Below the pieces are notes generated by a model. That model ran no database searches. It saw nothing but the letters and a program-made list of their open reading frames with translations, and was not told the DNA's origin. A stretch of 64,000 nt of DNA, from positions 506 to 64,505 of the forward strand of contig JAGGZK010000042.1 in assembly GCA_021162065.1 (NCBI GenBank), given 5' to 3'. The translations under genes and the position numbers were made by a program. The stretch's first letter is position 1; the number at the start of each line of letters is the position of its first letter. This stretch comes from Thermoplasmata archaeon (GTDB lineage: Archaea > Thermoplasmatota > E2 > UBA202 > JdFR-43). This document shows, in pieces, positions 38,456 to 47,635 of the stretch.

Positions 38456-39697
38456 GTGAAGGTTTACCTGGAAGTATATGGATGTGCGGCCAACCAGGGC
38501 GATGCATCCATAATGAAGGGAATGCTGCTCCAGCAGGGCCATGAACTTGTGGGTAGCGAGGAGAAGGCGGAGGCGGCCATAATAGTGACATGCACAGTCA
38601 TAGACACAACCCAGCAGAGAATGCTCCATCGCATAAAAAGTTTGAAGGGAAAGGTGGGCAGGTTAATGGTGGCGGGATGCATGGCTTCCGCTCAGGGGGA
38701 GCTCATAAAAAAGGTTGCTCCAGATGCCATTCTTCTTTCTCCCCGTCACATCCATCATGTATGCGAGGCTCTGGAGGGAAGACATATTTCTCCAACAGAA
38801 ATGCCCAAAGTCGGATTGCCCAGAAAGTATGATTTGAGGATGAACATCCCCATATCAGATGGTTGCATGTACAACTGTTCCTACTGCATAACCAAGAGGG
38901 CAAGGGGAAAACTCGTTTCCTATCCCATGGAGAAACTGGTGGAGGACATAAAAAAGGCGGTGGAGAATGGGAGCAAGGAGATACGACTCACCGCTCAGGA
39001 TACCGCCTCGTATGGATTTGATGGCAACGCCAATCTACCCCAACTCATAAAGGAGGTTGCCTCCATCGAAGGCGATTTTCGCATAAGGGTGGGGATGATG
39101 CATCCCCTTTCCGCTATGAGAATACTGGATGAACTGCTGGAGGTATATGAGAGCCGGAAGGTTTACAAATTTCTGCATCTCCCGCTGCAGTCAGCATCTC
39201 CCCGCATCCTGAAGGCCATGAGAAGGGGCTACAGCATGGAAGACTTCATGGAAATCGTTGCCGCCTTCAGAAAAAAATTCAGGGATTTCACCCTCGCCAC
39301 CGACTTCATAGTGGCGTTCCCGGGAGAGAGCCAGGAGGATTTTGAGATGAGTTTGGAGGCCCTGAAAAAAATTAAACCCGATGTGACCAACATAACCCGC
39401 TTTTCTCCCCGCCCCGGGACCGATGCCTGGAAGATGAAAAGGATGGATACGAGGGTGGCGAAGGAGCGCTCCAGGGTGATGACGGAGATAGCCGAGAAGA
39501 TTGCCTTAGAGCGGAATAGGGGGAGGGTGGGGAAGGAATATGAGATTCTGGTGCTGGAGAGGTACAGGGGAAAATATGTGGGGAAGAGCGAGGCATATAC
39601 CTCTGTTTTTATCGATGATGCCTCCATCGGAGAGTTTGTCAGGGTAAGGGCAAAGGAGGCGACTCCCACCCATCTTGCAGGGGAGAGGGTGACTTAG
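38456..39697 (+). CDS. Archaeal-type MiaB-like radical-SAM methylthiotransferase (MtaB/CDKAL1 family, ms2t6A-forming)
   Basis: N-terminal UPF0004/MTTase domain (VYLEVYGCAANQGD), radical SAM CMYNCSYC, C-terminal TRAM domain. Confidence 0.8.
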   Translation: MKVYLEVYGCAANQGDASIMKGMLLQQGHELVGSEEKAEAAIIVTCTVIDTTQQRMLHRIKSLKGKVGRLMVAGCMASAQGELIKKVAPDAILLSPRHIHHVCEALEGRHISPTEMPKVGLPRKYDLRMNIPISDGCMYNCSYCITKRARGKLVSYPMEKLVEDIKKAVENGSKEIRLTAQDTASYGFDGNANLPQLIKEVASIEGDFRIRVGMMHPLSAMRILDELLEVYESRKVYKFLHLPLQSASPRILKAMRRGYSMEDFMEIVAAFRKKFRDFTLATDFIVAFPGESQEDFEMSLEALKKIKPDVTNITRFSPRPGTDAWKMKRMDTRVAKERSRVMTEIAEKIALERNRGRVGKEYEILVLERYRGKYVGKSEAYTSVFIDDASIGEFVRVRAKEATPTHLAGERVT

Positions 39698-39744
39698 CGT
39701 GGGGGATATGCAATATATTTAAATGGTGAGCAATTTACCTAAGC

Positions 39745-40323
39745 ATGATTGAGGAAGGGACAACGGTGCTTCCAGGAGATAAGGTGGCGGTAAGCGAGGA
39801 ACTGAAGGCAGGGAAGAGCACCTATGAGGAAAACGGCGAGATAATAGCTGCTGTGGTGGGAAAATTCAGGGTGAACAGAGAGGAGATGTCGGCGGAGGTG
39901 GAGCCCCTTTCATCCACTCCCCTTCTGCTCCATATCGGTGACACCGCCATAGGGGAGGTGAAACAGGTGACGGAGGCCATGGTCATCCTCAAAATAATTC
40001 ACATAGCGGGTAAGCACAGGCAGGTGGCGGGGGAGAGGGATGCCGCCATCCATATATCCAATGTGAGCGATGAGTTTGTGGAAAGCCTGAAGGGAAAATA
40101 CAGGATAGGGGATATTTTGAGAGGAAAAATCATAAGGGTGGAGCCGGCCATCCAGATGTCCACAAGGGGGAAGGAGTTTGGGGTCATCAAGGCGTACTGC
40201 ACCAATTGCAGAAGCCCCCTTGTAAAAAAAGGGGAAATTCTGGAATGTCCCTCCTGCGGGAGGGTGGAGGAGAGAAAAATTGCGGATGATTATGGAGCAG
40301 GAGATCTTGACAGGGTGATATGA
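39745..40323 (+). CDS. csl4: Exosome complex RNA-binding subunit Csl4
   Basis: N-terminal domain, central S1 domain, and C-terminal zinc ribbon CTNC...CPSC. Confidence 0.7.
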   Translation: MIEEGTTVLPGDKVAVSEELKAGKSTYEENGEIIAAVVGKFRVNREEMSAEVEPLSSTPLLLHIGDTAIGEVKQVTEAMVILKIIHIAGKHRQVAGERDAAIHISNVSDEFVESLKGKYRIGDILRGKIIRVEPAIQMSTRGKEFGVIKAYCTNCRSPLVKKGEILECPSCGRVEERKIADDYGAGDLDRVI

Positions 40324-40593
40324 ATGGAGATAAAAATAAAGAAGGAAAGTGCCAAGGAAATGGAATTTGAGGTGATAAGCGAGAAAACCATACTCAATCC
40401 CCTCAAGGAGAAGTTGCTGGAATACGAGGAGGTGGAGTATGCGGAGTGGAATGTGCCGCATCCACTTGTAGCAAACCCGGAGTTCTATGTGAGGGTGAGT
40501 AAAGGAAAGGCAAAGGATGTGGTGAAGAAGGCGGTGAGGGAGCTTAAAGAGGAGATAGAAGAACTCATGAAGCAGCTGGAGGAAAAGGAGTAA
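40324..40593 (+). CDS. rpoL: DNA-directed RNA polymerase subunit L (Rpo11)
   Basis: 89 aa. EFEVISEKTILNPLKEKLL...EWNVPHPL matches the Rpo11 pattern (HPL motif). Confidence 0.7.
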   Translation: MEIKIKKESAKEMEFEVISEKTILNPLKEKLLEYEEVEYAEWNVPHPLVANPEFYVRVSKGKAKDVVKKAVRELKEEIEELMKQLEEKE

Positions 40594-41859
40594 ATGGACG
40601 AGGACATAGGCATAGAGGTTTTCATCACCTCCTCTGAGGGGATAGGGGGTAAAATAAAGAAGGAGCCAGAAGATTTTGTTGTGGAAGAGGTCTCCATTTA
40701 TCCTCCTCCCTCCAATGGCAGATATGTTATAGCCAGGGTGAAGGCGAGAAACTGGGAGGCCAACAGGCTGGTTGAAAAGATGGCTTACCGCCTTGGCATA
40801 TCCCCCAATTCCATTGGATATGCCGGAATAAAGGACAAGAGGGCGGTGACGGTGCAGATAATGTCCTTTCCGGCGAGCATAAAAAAGGTTGCATCCCTTT
40901 CCCTTCAGGATGTGGAGGTGGAGGTGCTCTACAAGTCCTCCAGACCGGTTTATTCCGGTAAACTCATCGGGAACAGGTTTCACATAGTGGTCAGGGATGT
41001 GGAGAAGCCGGAGAATGTGGAGGAGGTGATGGGGGAGATAGAGCAGATGGGATACATGCCCAATTTTTTCGGGGTGCAGAGATTCGGGATAGCAAGGCCC
41101 ATAACCCATGTGGTTGGAAAACATCTCATAAAAAATGAGATAAGGGAGGCGGTGATGAGCTACGTGGCGAATCCCATGGAGGGGGAGGATGAGGAAAGTT
41201 ATGAAGCCAGAAAATTTCTTCAGGAAACGGAGGATTTTGAGGAGGCGTTGAAGATATACCCCAAAAAACTTGTTTTTGAGAGGAGAATCATAGAGCATCT
41301 TTCCACTCATCCCGGTGAATGGAAGGAGGCATTGCTGTTGCTGCCCAAGAATCTCATACGGCTTTTTGTGCATGCGTACCAGTCCTATCTTTTTAACAGG
41401 ATTGTTTCCCTGAGAGTTAAAAGAGGCATACCCCTGAATGAAGCGGTGGTGGGGGATATAGTGATACCATGGGAGAAGGAGATGGTGATACAGAGTTATG
41501 AGGGCATAATGGTGGAGGATTACAATCTCGATAAGATAAATAGGAGAATAAGGAGTGGCAAATGCTTCCCCTCGGCGGCGATAGTGGGCCATGGGCTGCT
41601 TAGGGCGAAGGGCACCATGGGGGAAATCGAGGAGGAAATCATGGAGGCGGAAAACATAGGGGAGGAAGAGTTCATAATGAGACATTTTCCGGGCATGGAG
41701 GGGCGTGGAATGAGAAGGGTCATCATGATTCCCCTGAAAAGAATAATATGGAATTTTGATGGCTCGAATCTTTTTCTCAACTTTTTCCTTCCTCGGGGTT
41801 GCTACGCCACTTCCCTGCTGAGGGAGATAATGAAGCCGGAGAGTGTTTTCAGCTACTGA
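40594..41859 (+). CDS. truD: tRNA pseudouridine(13) synthase TruD/Pus7 family
   Basis: GIKDKRAVT (GxKD catalytic Asp motif) and overall TruD-like length and pattern. The start codon abuts the rpoL stop. Confidence 0.75.
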   Translation: MDEDIGIEVFITSSEGIGGKIKKEPEDFVVEEVSIYPPPSNGRYVIARVKARNWEANRLVEKMAYRLGISPNSIGYAGIKDKRAVTVQIMSFPASIKKVASLSLQDVEVEVLYKSSRPVYSGKLIGNRFHIVVRDVEKPENVEEVMGEIEQMGYMPNFFGVQRFGIARPITHVVGKHLIKNEIREAVMSYVANPMEGEDEESYEARKFLQETEDFEEALKIYPKKLVFERRIIEHLSTHPGEWKEALLLLPKNLIRLFVHAYQSYLFNRIVSLRVKRGIPLNEAVVGDIVIPWEKEMVIQSYEGIMVEDYNLDKINRRIRSGKCFPSAAIVGHGLLRAKGTMGEIEEEIMEAENIGEEEFIMRHFPGMEGRGMRRVIMIPLKRIIWNFDGSNLFLNFFLPRGCYATSLLREIMKPESVFSY

Positions 41860-42647
41860 TGCGATTTTCCGCTGAAGTCCTGAACCTCATATTCTATCTC
41901 CTCTATGCTCTCCGCGTTATACTCCTCAATCTTTGATATGGCGTATCTTATTTCCTTCTCCTCCCCTGCAAGTACCACATTGAGTCCCTTCTGGGCCATT
42001 TCCATGGCGGTGTTTATGGCGCAGAATTCAAAATCCGGTTTTATTCCCGCCTTCTCCATAACCACCTTTCCTATGGCATCCGTTGTTCCTATCCTGTCCG
42101 CCTTTGTTCCATCAAGAAAATCCACCAATTTTTTTATATCAACGCCTCTGCTTCCTCCTTTTGTGGCGGGGGGCAGCATGAGCAGAAAAATTTTTCCGAG
42201 AGAGAGGTCTATTATGCCCTTTATATTCTTTACAGCCACATCCTCTCCCTTTGCCACATTCTCCACGGCCTTCGCTGTGGCCTTGCCATGTCCTCTTCCG
42301 GCATGGAGATAGCCGTTTTTCATGAAGAGATGAACCGTCTCCCCTTCCCGGATATCGTCGTCTGCTATGGCGACACTGTACTCCATCATGTTGAGTTTCC
42401 TTTTCCTCTCCTCAAGATACTTTTCAAGCTCCTCAAGATATGAGAATATGGTTTCTATTCCCTTCACCGTTGCCCTGTATTTTCCCCTGACTATTTCTAT
42501 AAGCCCGTCTTCCCTCATCCTCTTCATGTATTCATGCACTCCCTGCTTGGTTATGCCAATCTTCTCCGCAATCTGGTCCAGGGTGTGATATTCCCCGCTG
42601 GCCACCTCCAGCAGAATCATGTATTTTCGGGGCAGAATCTCACTCAT
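41853..42647 (-). CDS. Putative transcriptional regulator with N-terminal winged-helix domain and uncharacterised C-terminal domain
   Basis: N-terminal wHTH-like segment LDQIAEKIGITKQGVHEYMKRMREDGLIE. The C-terminal about 150 aa is unassigned. Confidence 0.4.
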   Translation of the reverse strand: MSEILPRKYMILLEVASGEYHTLDQIAEKIGITKQGVHEYMKRMREDGLIEIVRGKYRATVKGIETIFSYLEELEKYLEERKRKLNMMEYSVAIADDDIREGETVHLFMKNGYLHAGRGHGKATAKAVENVAKGEDVAVKNIKGIIDLSLGKIFLLMLPPATKGGSRGVDIKKLVDFLDGTKADRIGTTDAIGKVVMEKAGIKPDFEFCAINTAMEMAQKGLNVVLAGEEKEIRYAISKIEEYNAESIEEIEYEVQDFSGKSHQ

Positions 42648-43311
42648 TTTTCCTCCCCTCTGCCTTTATCTTTTTCACTCCATCATTCGTGCCAACTATT
42701 ACCTCATCCGCCATGTCTATGAAGAGGCCATTCTCCACCACTCCAACGATGGAATTTATCTCATCATGCAGTTTCCTGTAATCCTCCATGGCCTCATAAT
42801 GACAATCCAGAATGTAGTTTCCATTATCCGTAACAAATCCATGCCTTAACTGTGGATTAAAATTGAGGGATGCGAGTTTGTCTGCTGTCCTTTTCCATCC
42901 AAATTTCACCACCTCCACGGGCAGGGGAAAGGAGAAGCGAGTTACCATCTTCCTTTCATCCACTATTATTACCTCCTTTCTTGTGCATGACGCCACCATT
43001 TTCTCTCTAAGCAATGCTCCTCCCCCTCCCTTTATGAGGTTGAGATGCGCGTCCACCTCATCCGCCCCATCTATGGTTATGTCTATGGCATCGTAATCGT
43101 TAATGTCCGCCAGTTTTATCCCCGCCTCCTTTGCAATCCTCTCACTCTCCAAAGATGTGGCTATTCCCACAATTTCCATGCCCTCCCTCACCATTTTTCC
43201 TATCTCGATAATCGCATATTTTGCCGTGGAGCCGGTTCCCAGCCCAACAACCATGCCATCTTTGACGCGCTTCACCGCCTCCATCGCCGCCAGTTTCTTC
43301 AACTCCTCCAT
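42640..43311 (-). CDS. rpiA: Ribose-5-phosphate isomerase A
   Basis: VVGLGTGSTA, DGADEVD, KGGGGAL motifs. Confidence 0.9.
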   Translation of the reverse strand: MEELKKLAAMEAVKRVKDGMVVGLGTGSTAKYAIIEIGKMVREGMEIVGIATSLESERIAKEAGIKLADINDYDAIDITIDGADEVDAHLNLIKGGGGALLREKMVASCTRKEVIIVDERKMVTRFSFPLPVEVVKFGWKRTADKLASLNFNPQLRHGFVTDNGNYILDCHYEAMEDYRKLHDEINSIVGVVENGLFIDMADEVIVGTNDGVKKIKAEGRKNE

Positions 43312-43330
43312 AATGGTAAGGGTGAAAATC

Positions 43331-43340
43331 TTTATAAAGG
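43331..43340 (+). promoter_or_regulatory. Putative TATA box (TTTATAAAGG) for the RNase P RNA gene
   Basis: About 25 bp upstream of the predicted 5' end of the RNA at about 43356. Confidence 0.35.
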
Positions 43341-43355
43341 ATGCATATAATTGAA

Positions 43356-43665
43356 ATGGGTGCCGGGAGTGGGTGGGCGGCTCACGGTTCTGCTCGCCAG
43401 AACTGAGGAAATTCCCCCCTCATTCCTGGGCCAGGGGTGTAAAAACCGGGGCGAGAGCCCCGACGGGAGGCGCAGAAACGACACAGCCTGCAGCGAGGAT
43501 GATTCCCTGCGGATGACGCTGCTGCAGGATCTGGTGAAACGGCCCCCGCCCTGGAGCAAGTCCAAATACCGGTAGGGTTGCCCAGGACCGCCCGGAGGTA
43601 GGACGCTTAGATGAATGCCGCCTAAAACAGAAGGGGGATTACGGCCCACACCCGGCACCTCTCAT
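43356..43665 (+). ncRNA. rnpB: RNase P RNA (type A)
   Basis: Universally conserved regions are present in order: GAGGAAAUUCCCCC (P4 5' strand), GGUGAAACGG...GGAGCAAGUCCAAAUACC, UAGAUGAAUG, ACAGAAGGGGGAUU (P4 3' strand, complementary to AAUUCCCCC). The P1 helix is GGGUGCCGGG/CCCGGCACC. A GC-rich island with no credible ORF. Confidence 0.88.
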
Positions 43666-43797
43666 GATTCCGCATTCTGGCAAAATGATGGATAGAAAAT
43701 GGGGATGGCATGGCATTCTGTCATCGTTTATTCCCTCTTCATTAACACTTTCAGAAATTTATGGGAATGCAACAAAACGTGTTTTTGGAAACTCTCT

Positions 43798-44205
43798 TCA
43801 CCACAGCACCAGCACCGTGTAATCCAGAGCCACTGGCTCCTCAATATCTATGGCGGTTCCGGCGGCGACGAGCACATATATGCCTCTATCCGCCTGAAGA
43901 GTACAGCCCCAGCCGTCGTTTTTGTTGAAGTCCCACTGGCTTGCCGTCATGTTTTTCTCTCTTGCATCGTAGAGGGCAAAATGGGTTGAGATTATGTTGT
44001 CGCTTCCCCTCGCGCTCACCTCCACCTCATATCCCATTCCTATCCAGACAACGGCATTCTTTATGGAGAATATTTTCTCCCCATGCCAGTATATGCCCGG
44101 AGCCGGTTCATCAATTTTTATCCAGGAATCCGTGATGGCGGGTGATGATGGCATGTTGATTATGAACAGAATGGCAACAACTCCAAACGCCACAAACCCT
44201 TTCAT
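43798..44205 (-). CDS. Hypothetical small secreted protein
   Basis: 135 aa, N-terminal signal-like MKGFVAFGVVAILFIINMPSSPA. Confidence 0.4.
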   Translation of the reverse strand: MKGFVAFGVVAILFIINMPSSPAITDSWIKIDEPAPGIYWHGEKIFSIKNAVVWIGMGYEVEVSARGSDNIISTHFALYDAREKNMTASQWDFNKNDGWGCTLQADRGIYVLVAAGTAIDIEEPVALDYTVLVLW

Positions 44206-44446
44206 ACTAAAAGAGTTTTTGCGAGTATAAATAATTAACTGAATGGGTTGCTGGCAATGTTCAAGAATTGAAAATTTAAAAATAAGAAATGCTCATGAAA
44301 TTGTAAAGCAATGATATCATAAATTGGCTCGATTACCACTTCCAGATGGATAATGAAATGGCGTATATTTTTACTATGGTTTCATTAGGTTAACAGTGCC
44401 ATCAAACATAACAAAATCTATATAAGTATTGGATATTTCCTTTAAT

Positions 44447-46369
44447 ATGAAAAGGGTACTTGTTGTGGCATTGCTGTTACTTTTTACTTTCTCCGCCTAT
44501 GCACAGGAGACACCCTATTACTTTCACAATGATAAAAACCCCGACCATGAGGAATATTATTTGATGGATTATTCCCGCCCCACCGGCGGATATTATAGCT
44601 CCGTTGATCTCGATTCAGGAGCGGTGACATGGGCGACCCCCGCCTTCACCAAGGATACCAAGATAAACGGGGATGTGAAGGTGACGCTTTTCGTGGAGGC
44701 CTATTTCATAAGAGCAGATGTGCTCCCATTCCAGATGAGAATACTGAAGGTTTCCCTTGTTGATATAGCTCCTTCAGGCAATGTGGATGTGATAAAGGCG
44801 ACCAGACCCACGCCCATCATGTTCATGAAAAATGAGACCCTGAAATCGGTGACCTTCAAGATAAGCAACGTGGAGGCGGTGATTCCGGAGGACCATTGCC
44901 TGGGCATAAAGGTTGAGAAGTCCTTTGACCTCTTTTCCTTCTTCCCCCTTACCGTTCTCTCACCCTTTTTCTCCACCAACATACTGTTTGACTCCTCCAC
45001 CACCGAATCCTATGCCTCCATACCCATAAATATCACGGCGGGAGGCATAAGTGTGGAGTGTTTCAATCAGGAGAAGGATGTCAAGCCGGGAGAGGATGTG
45101 ATATACACCATCCTGGTTTACAACAACGGAAATCAGAATGAGACGGTCCATCTTTCCATCGGTGATGTGGCCGAGGGATGGAATGTGGAACTCAGCAAGG
45201 AGGTATTCAACATACCTGCCAAATCATTCAAGGACGTGGATATCACGGTGACCGCTCCCCAAAACGCCCAGCAGGGGGATTTCCTCAATGTCACCATATA
45301 CGCCCAGGGCATCACAGGAACCGATTCCATATGGCTCAACACCACCATAGCCCCTCCGGAGTATGGGGTTAAGGTGACCGCCCAGCAGAATGAGGTGAAT
45401 GCATCTCCCGGAGAGACAGCCACCTTCACCTTCACCGTCGAAAACAATGGCGATTTATACACCACATACAATCTTTTCGTCACCTGCGTGTGGGATTATA
45501 CCCTGGAAAGAAGCAGTATCGCTTTGGATGCGGGGGAAAGGCAGGATGTGAGGGTATTTGTGAAGGTGCCGGAGAACGCCACCAATGGAACAACCCGTGT
45601 GGTGGCTTTGACGGCGGAGTGCGTGGATGCGGACAAGCAGAGCACTGCCCAGGCGACACTCCGTGTCTACTATGAGACAACGCCGGGTGGCGGCGGTGGC
45701 GGCAACCTTGGCGCAACCATAGGACTTGCCCTGTTTGTGCTGGGAGTCATAGCCCTTCTGGTTATAGCATATTATCTCGGCAGGGTCGCCACCAAGAGCA
45801 TAGTTCTGGAATGCGATGAGAGGATGATGGAGATTCCTCCCGGAGGAAGTGCCACCTTCAGGATAAGGGCGACCAATCCCATGGAGGAGGGGAAGAGAAA
45901 ATACAGATTCAGGATAGAGGGAAGGATACCCGAAAACTGGAAGGTGGAACTTAGCAGGGAGGAGATGACGCTGGAGAGCGGAGAAGAGGGAGAGTTAGAG
46001 GTTAGAGTTGATGCTCCCTCTGATGCAAGCATGGACGAATGGGCATCCATAGATGTTGTCGCCCTGCCGGAAAAGGGCAAGGGAGAGAGTATAAATCTGA
46101 TGATTTCCATAAGGGAGCCCAGGGAAATGCTTCATACGGAGATGACGCATGAGCCCAAGGAATTCGGCGAGGGAGATAGAATAGTCACCAAGGTAAAGGT
46201 GGAGAACAGGGGGGAGAAGGCGGCGGAGAACAAAAAGGTGATACTGCTGGTGAATGGAAAGGAGAAGAACAGGATAGAGGGAGTCACCATACCGCCCGGC
46301 GCCGCCGTGGAGATAGAACTTCCATGGATTGCCGAGGAGGAGAACGAGGTAGAGATAAGGATAGAATAG
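44447..46369 (+). CDS. Surface-anchored protein with CARDB/Ig-like repeat domains and a single TM helix
   Basis: Signal peptide. Repeated beta-sandwich-like segments (VKPGEDVIYTILVYNNGNQNETV, ASPGETATFTFTVENNGD, EGDRIVTKVKVENRGE). A Gly-rich linker then the TM helix LGATIGLALFVLGVIALLVIAYYL, followed by a further about 190-aa domain. Confidence 0.5.
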   Translation: MKRVLVVALLLLFTFSAYAQETPYYFHNDKNPDHEEYYLMDYSRPTGGYYSSVDLDSGAVTWATPAFTKDTKINGDVKVTLFVEAYFIRADVLPFQMRILKVSLVDIAPSGNVDVIKATRPTPIMFMKNETLKSVTFKISNVEAVIPEDHCLGIKVEKSFDLFSFFPLTVLSPFFSTNILFDSSTTESYASIPINITAGGISVECFNQEKDVKPGEDVIYTILVYNNGNQNETVHLSIGDVAEGWNVELSKEVFNIPAKSFKDVDITVTAPQNAQQGDFLNVTIYAQGITGTDSIWLNTTIAPPEYGVKVTAQQNEVNASPGETATFTFTVENNGDLYTTYNLFVTCVWDYTLERSSIALDAGERQDVRVFVKVPENATNGTTRVVALTAECVDADKQSTAQATLRVYYETTPGGGGGGNLGATIGLALFVLGVIALLVIAYYLGRVATKSIVLECDERMMEIPPGGSATFRIRATNPMEEGKRKYRFRIEGRIPENWKVELSREEMTLESGEEGELEVRVDAPSDASMDEWASIDVVALPEKGKGESINLMISIREPREMLHTEMTHEPKEFGEGDRIVTKVKVENRGEKAAENKKVILLVNGKEKNRIEGVTIPPGAAVEIELPWIAEEENEVEIRIE

Positions 46370-47635
46370 TCATGCGGTTGTTATATTCACCCCTCTTATG
46401 AGGGCGTGGGATGCAAATACGGGATACTCCGTTTCCCACCAGTATATCTGCTTCCTTTCCTTTGAAAGGGCTTCCAGATTTTTCAGCATCCTCTCCATGT
46501 TATCACTCACCCTTATTCCTTTTATGCCTTTTTTAATTTCTCCATTCTCTATGAGGGCAGCCCCGTCCCTTGCTACCGTGGAGAAATCTCCCGTGGAATA
46601 GTTATGAAATCTGGTGTACCACACGTTCCCTATTATGATGCCTTTCCTTATCTCTTCCACCATTTCCTCCATACTCCTTCTTTCTCCCTCAACAACCAGA
46701 TTCCAGGGGTGGGGGGCTACGATGCCCGCATTTCCCGTACTCCTTACTCCATGAAGGGCGGCGGTGGTGCCGTTGTGAAGGTAATTCTTTAAAATCCCCT
46801 TTTCCACTATCGGAGTTTCTGAGGTGGCGACGCCCTCGTCGTCGAATTTTCTGGAGAAGATGCCATCCCTCTCCACACCGCTGTCATATATGCTAAGATT
46901 CTCGCTGCACACCCTGCTCCCAATCTTTTCCCTCAGGAAGGAATAGCCGGCATCAACCGCAAAGGCGGAGGAAAAGGCGCCAAAGTTTGAGATTATGTCG
47001 GCAAAGGCCATGGGGGCAAGGATTATGTCGTATTTCCCCTCTTCCACCTTCTCCGGATTTTTCCCCATCTCAGCCATTCTGGACGCCTCTGCGCCCACCT
47101 CCTCTTCTATGGCGTCAATGCTTCTGGAGCAGCTCACCGCGTGCCCCGAAGATTTCGCATCGAAAACCCTCATGGAGAGATATGAGCCGCTGTTTTTATC
47201 CTCCGCCTCCACTCCCAGAGAATTTTCCACCCTTATCTTCTCCACCCATGAATACATGACCCCTGCCACCTCCTCTTTGTTCGCTGCCGTCATCGCCGCC
47301 TCCACCCTCTCCTTCATCTTATCCTCAAGAAGAACGTCGGCATCAAAAATTTTTGTGTTTCTGTAGTTTTTCCCAGTTCCTATGGTGAAGGGCGATGGGG
47401 CAACATGGGGAAAAACCTTTTCCGCCCTCTCCATGGCCTTCTTTACCTTCCTCTCATCCGGATTTTCGATGGAGAAGTTGAGCAATCTTCCGTCCCTGTA
47501 CAAAAACAGTTCCATGCTCCTGTCCTTCCATTCCTTAACCGTCTCTATTTTTCCCCCGTAGAACTTTATCTGCTTCGTTGTCTCCTCTTTCTCCAGAATC
47601 ACATAGCCATCGTATTTCTTCAGAAGAGATATCAT
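46370..47635 (-). CDS. pmbA: PmbA/TldE-family protein (TldD/PmbA peptidase partner)
   Basis: TldD/PmbA fold pattern without HExxxH. Directly downstream of tldD with a 4-bp overlap. Confidence 0.65.
   Translation of the reverse strand: MISLLKKYDGYVILEKEETTKQIKFYGGKIETVKEWKDRSMELFLYRDGRLLNFSIENPDERKVKKAMERAEKVFPHVAPSPFTIGTGKNYRNTKIFDADVLLEDKMKERVEAAMTAANKEEVAGVMYSWVEKIRVENSLGVEAEDKNSGSYLSMRVFDAKSSGHAVSCSRSIDAIEEEVGAEASRMAEMGKNPEKVEEGKYDIILAPMAFADIISNFGAFSSAFAVDAGYSFLREKIGSRVCSENLSIYDSGVERDGIFSRKFDDEGVATSETPIVEKGILKNYLHNGTTAALHGVRSTGNAGIVAPHPWNLVVEGERRSMEEMVEEIRKGIIIGNVWYTRFHNYSTGDFSTVARDGAALIENGEIKKGIKGIRVSDNMERMLKNLEALSKERKQIYWWETEYPVFASHALIRGVNITTA

Noticed and set aside
37920-38591. Long form of the MBF1 ORF (223 aa) beginning MSLLWPPPPSPRYP
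   Set aside because: The first 70 codons are Pro/Trp-rich with no conservation and overlap the divergent promoter region. The zinc ribbon starts at the Met at 38381.
39910-41685. 591-aa ORF on the minus strand
   Set aside because: It is antisense to the well-supported csl4-rpoL-truD genes. His/Leu/Tyr-rich low complexity is typical of a shadow frame.
43332-43658. ORFs 43332..43658 (-) 108 aa and 43351..43575 (+) 74 aa
   Set aside because: They lie entirely inside the RNase P RNA gene. They are Arg/Pro/Gly-rich products of GC-rich structured RNA sequence.
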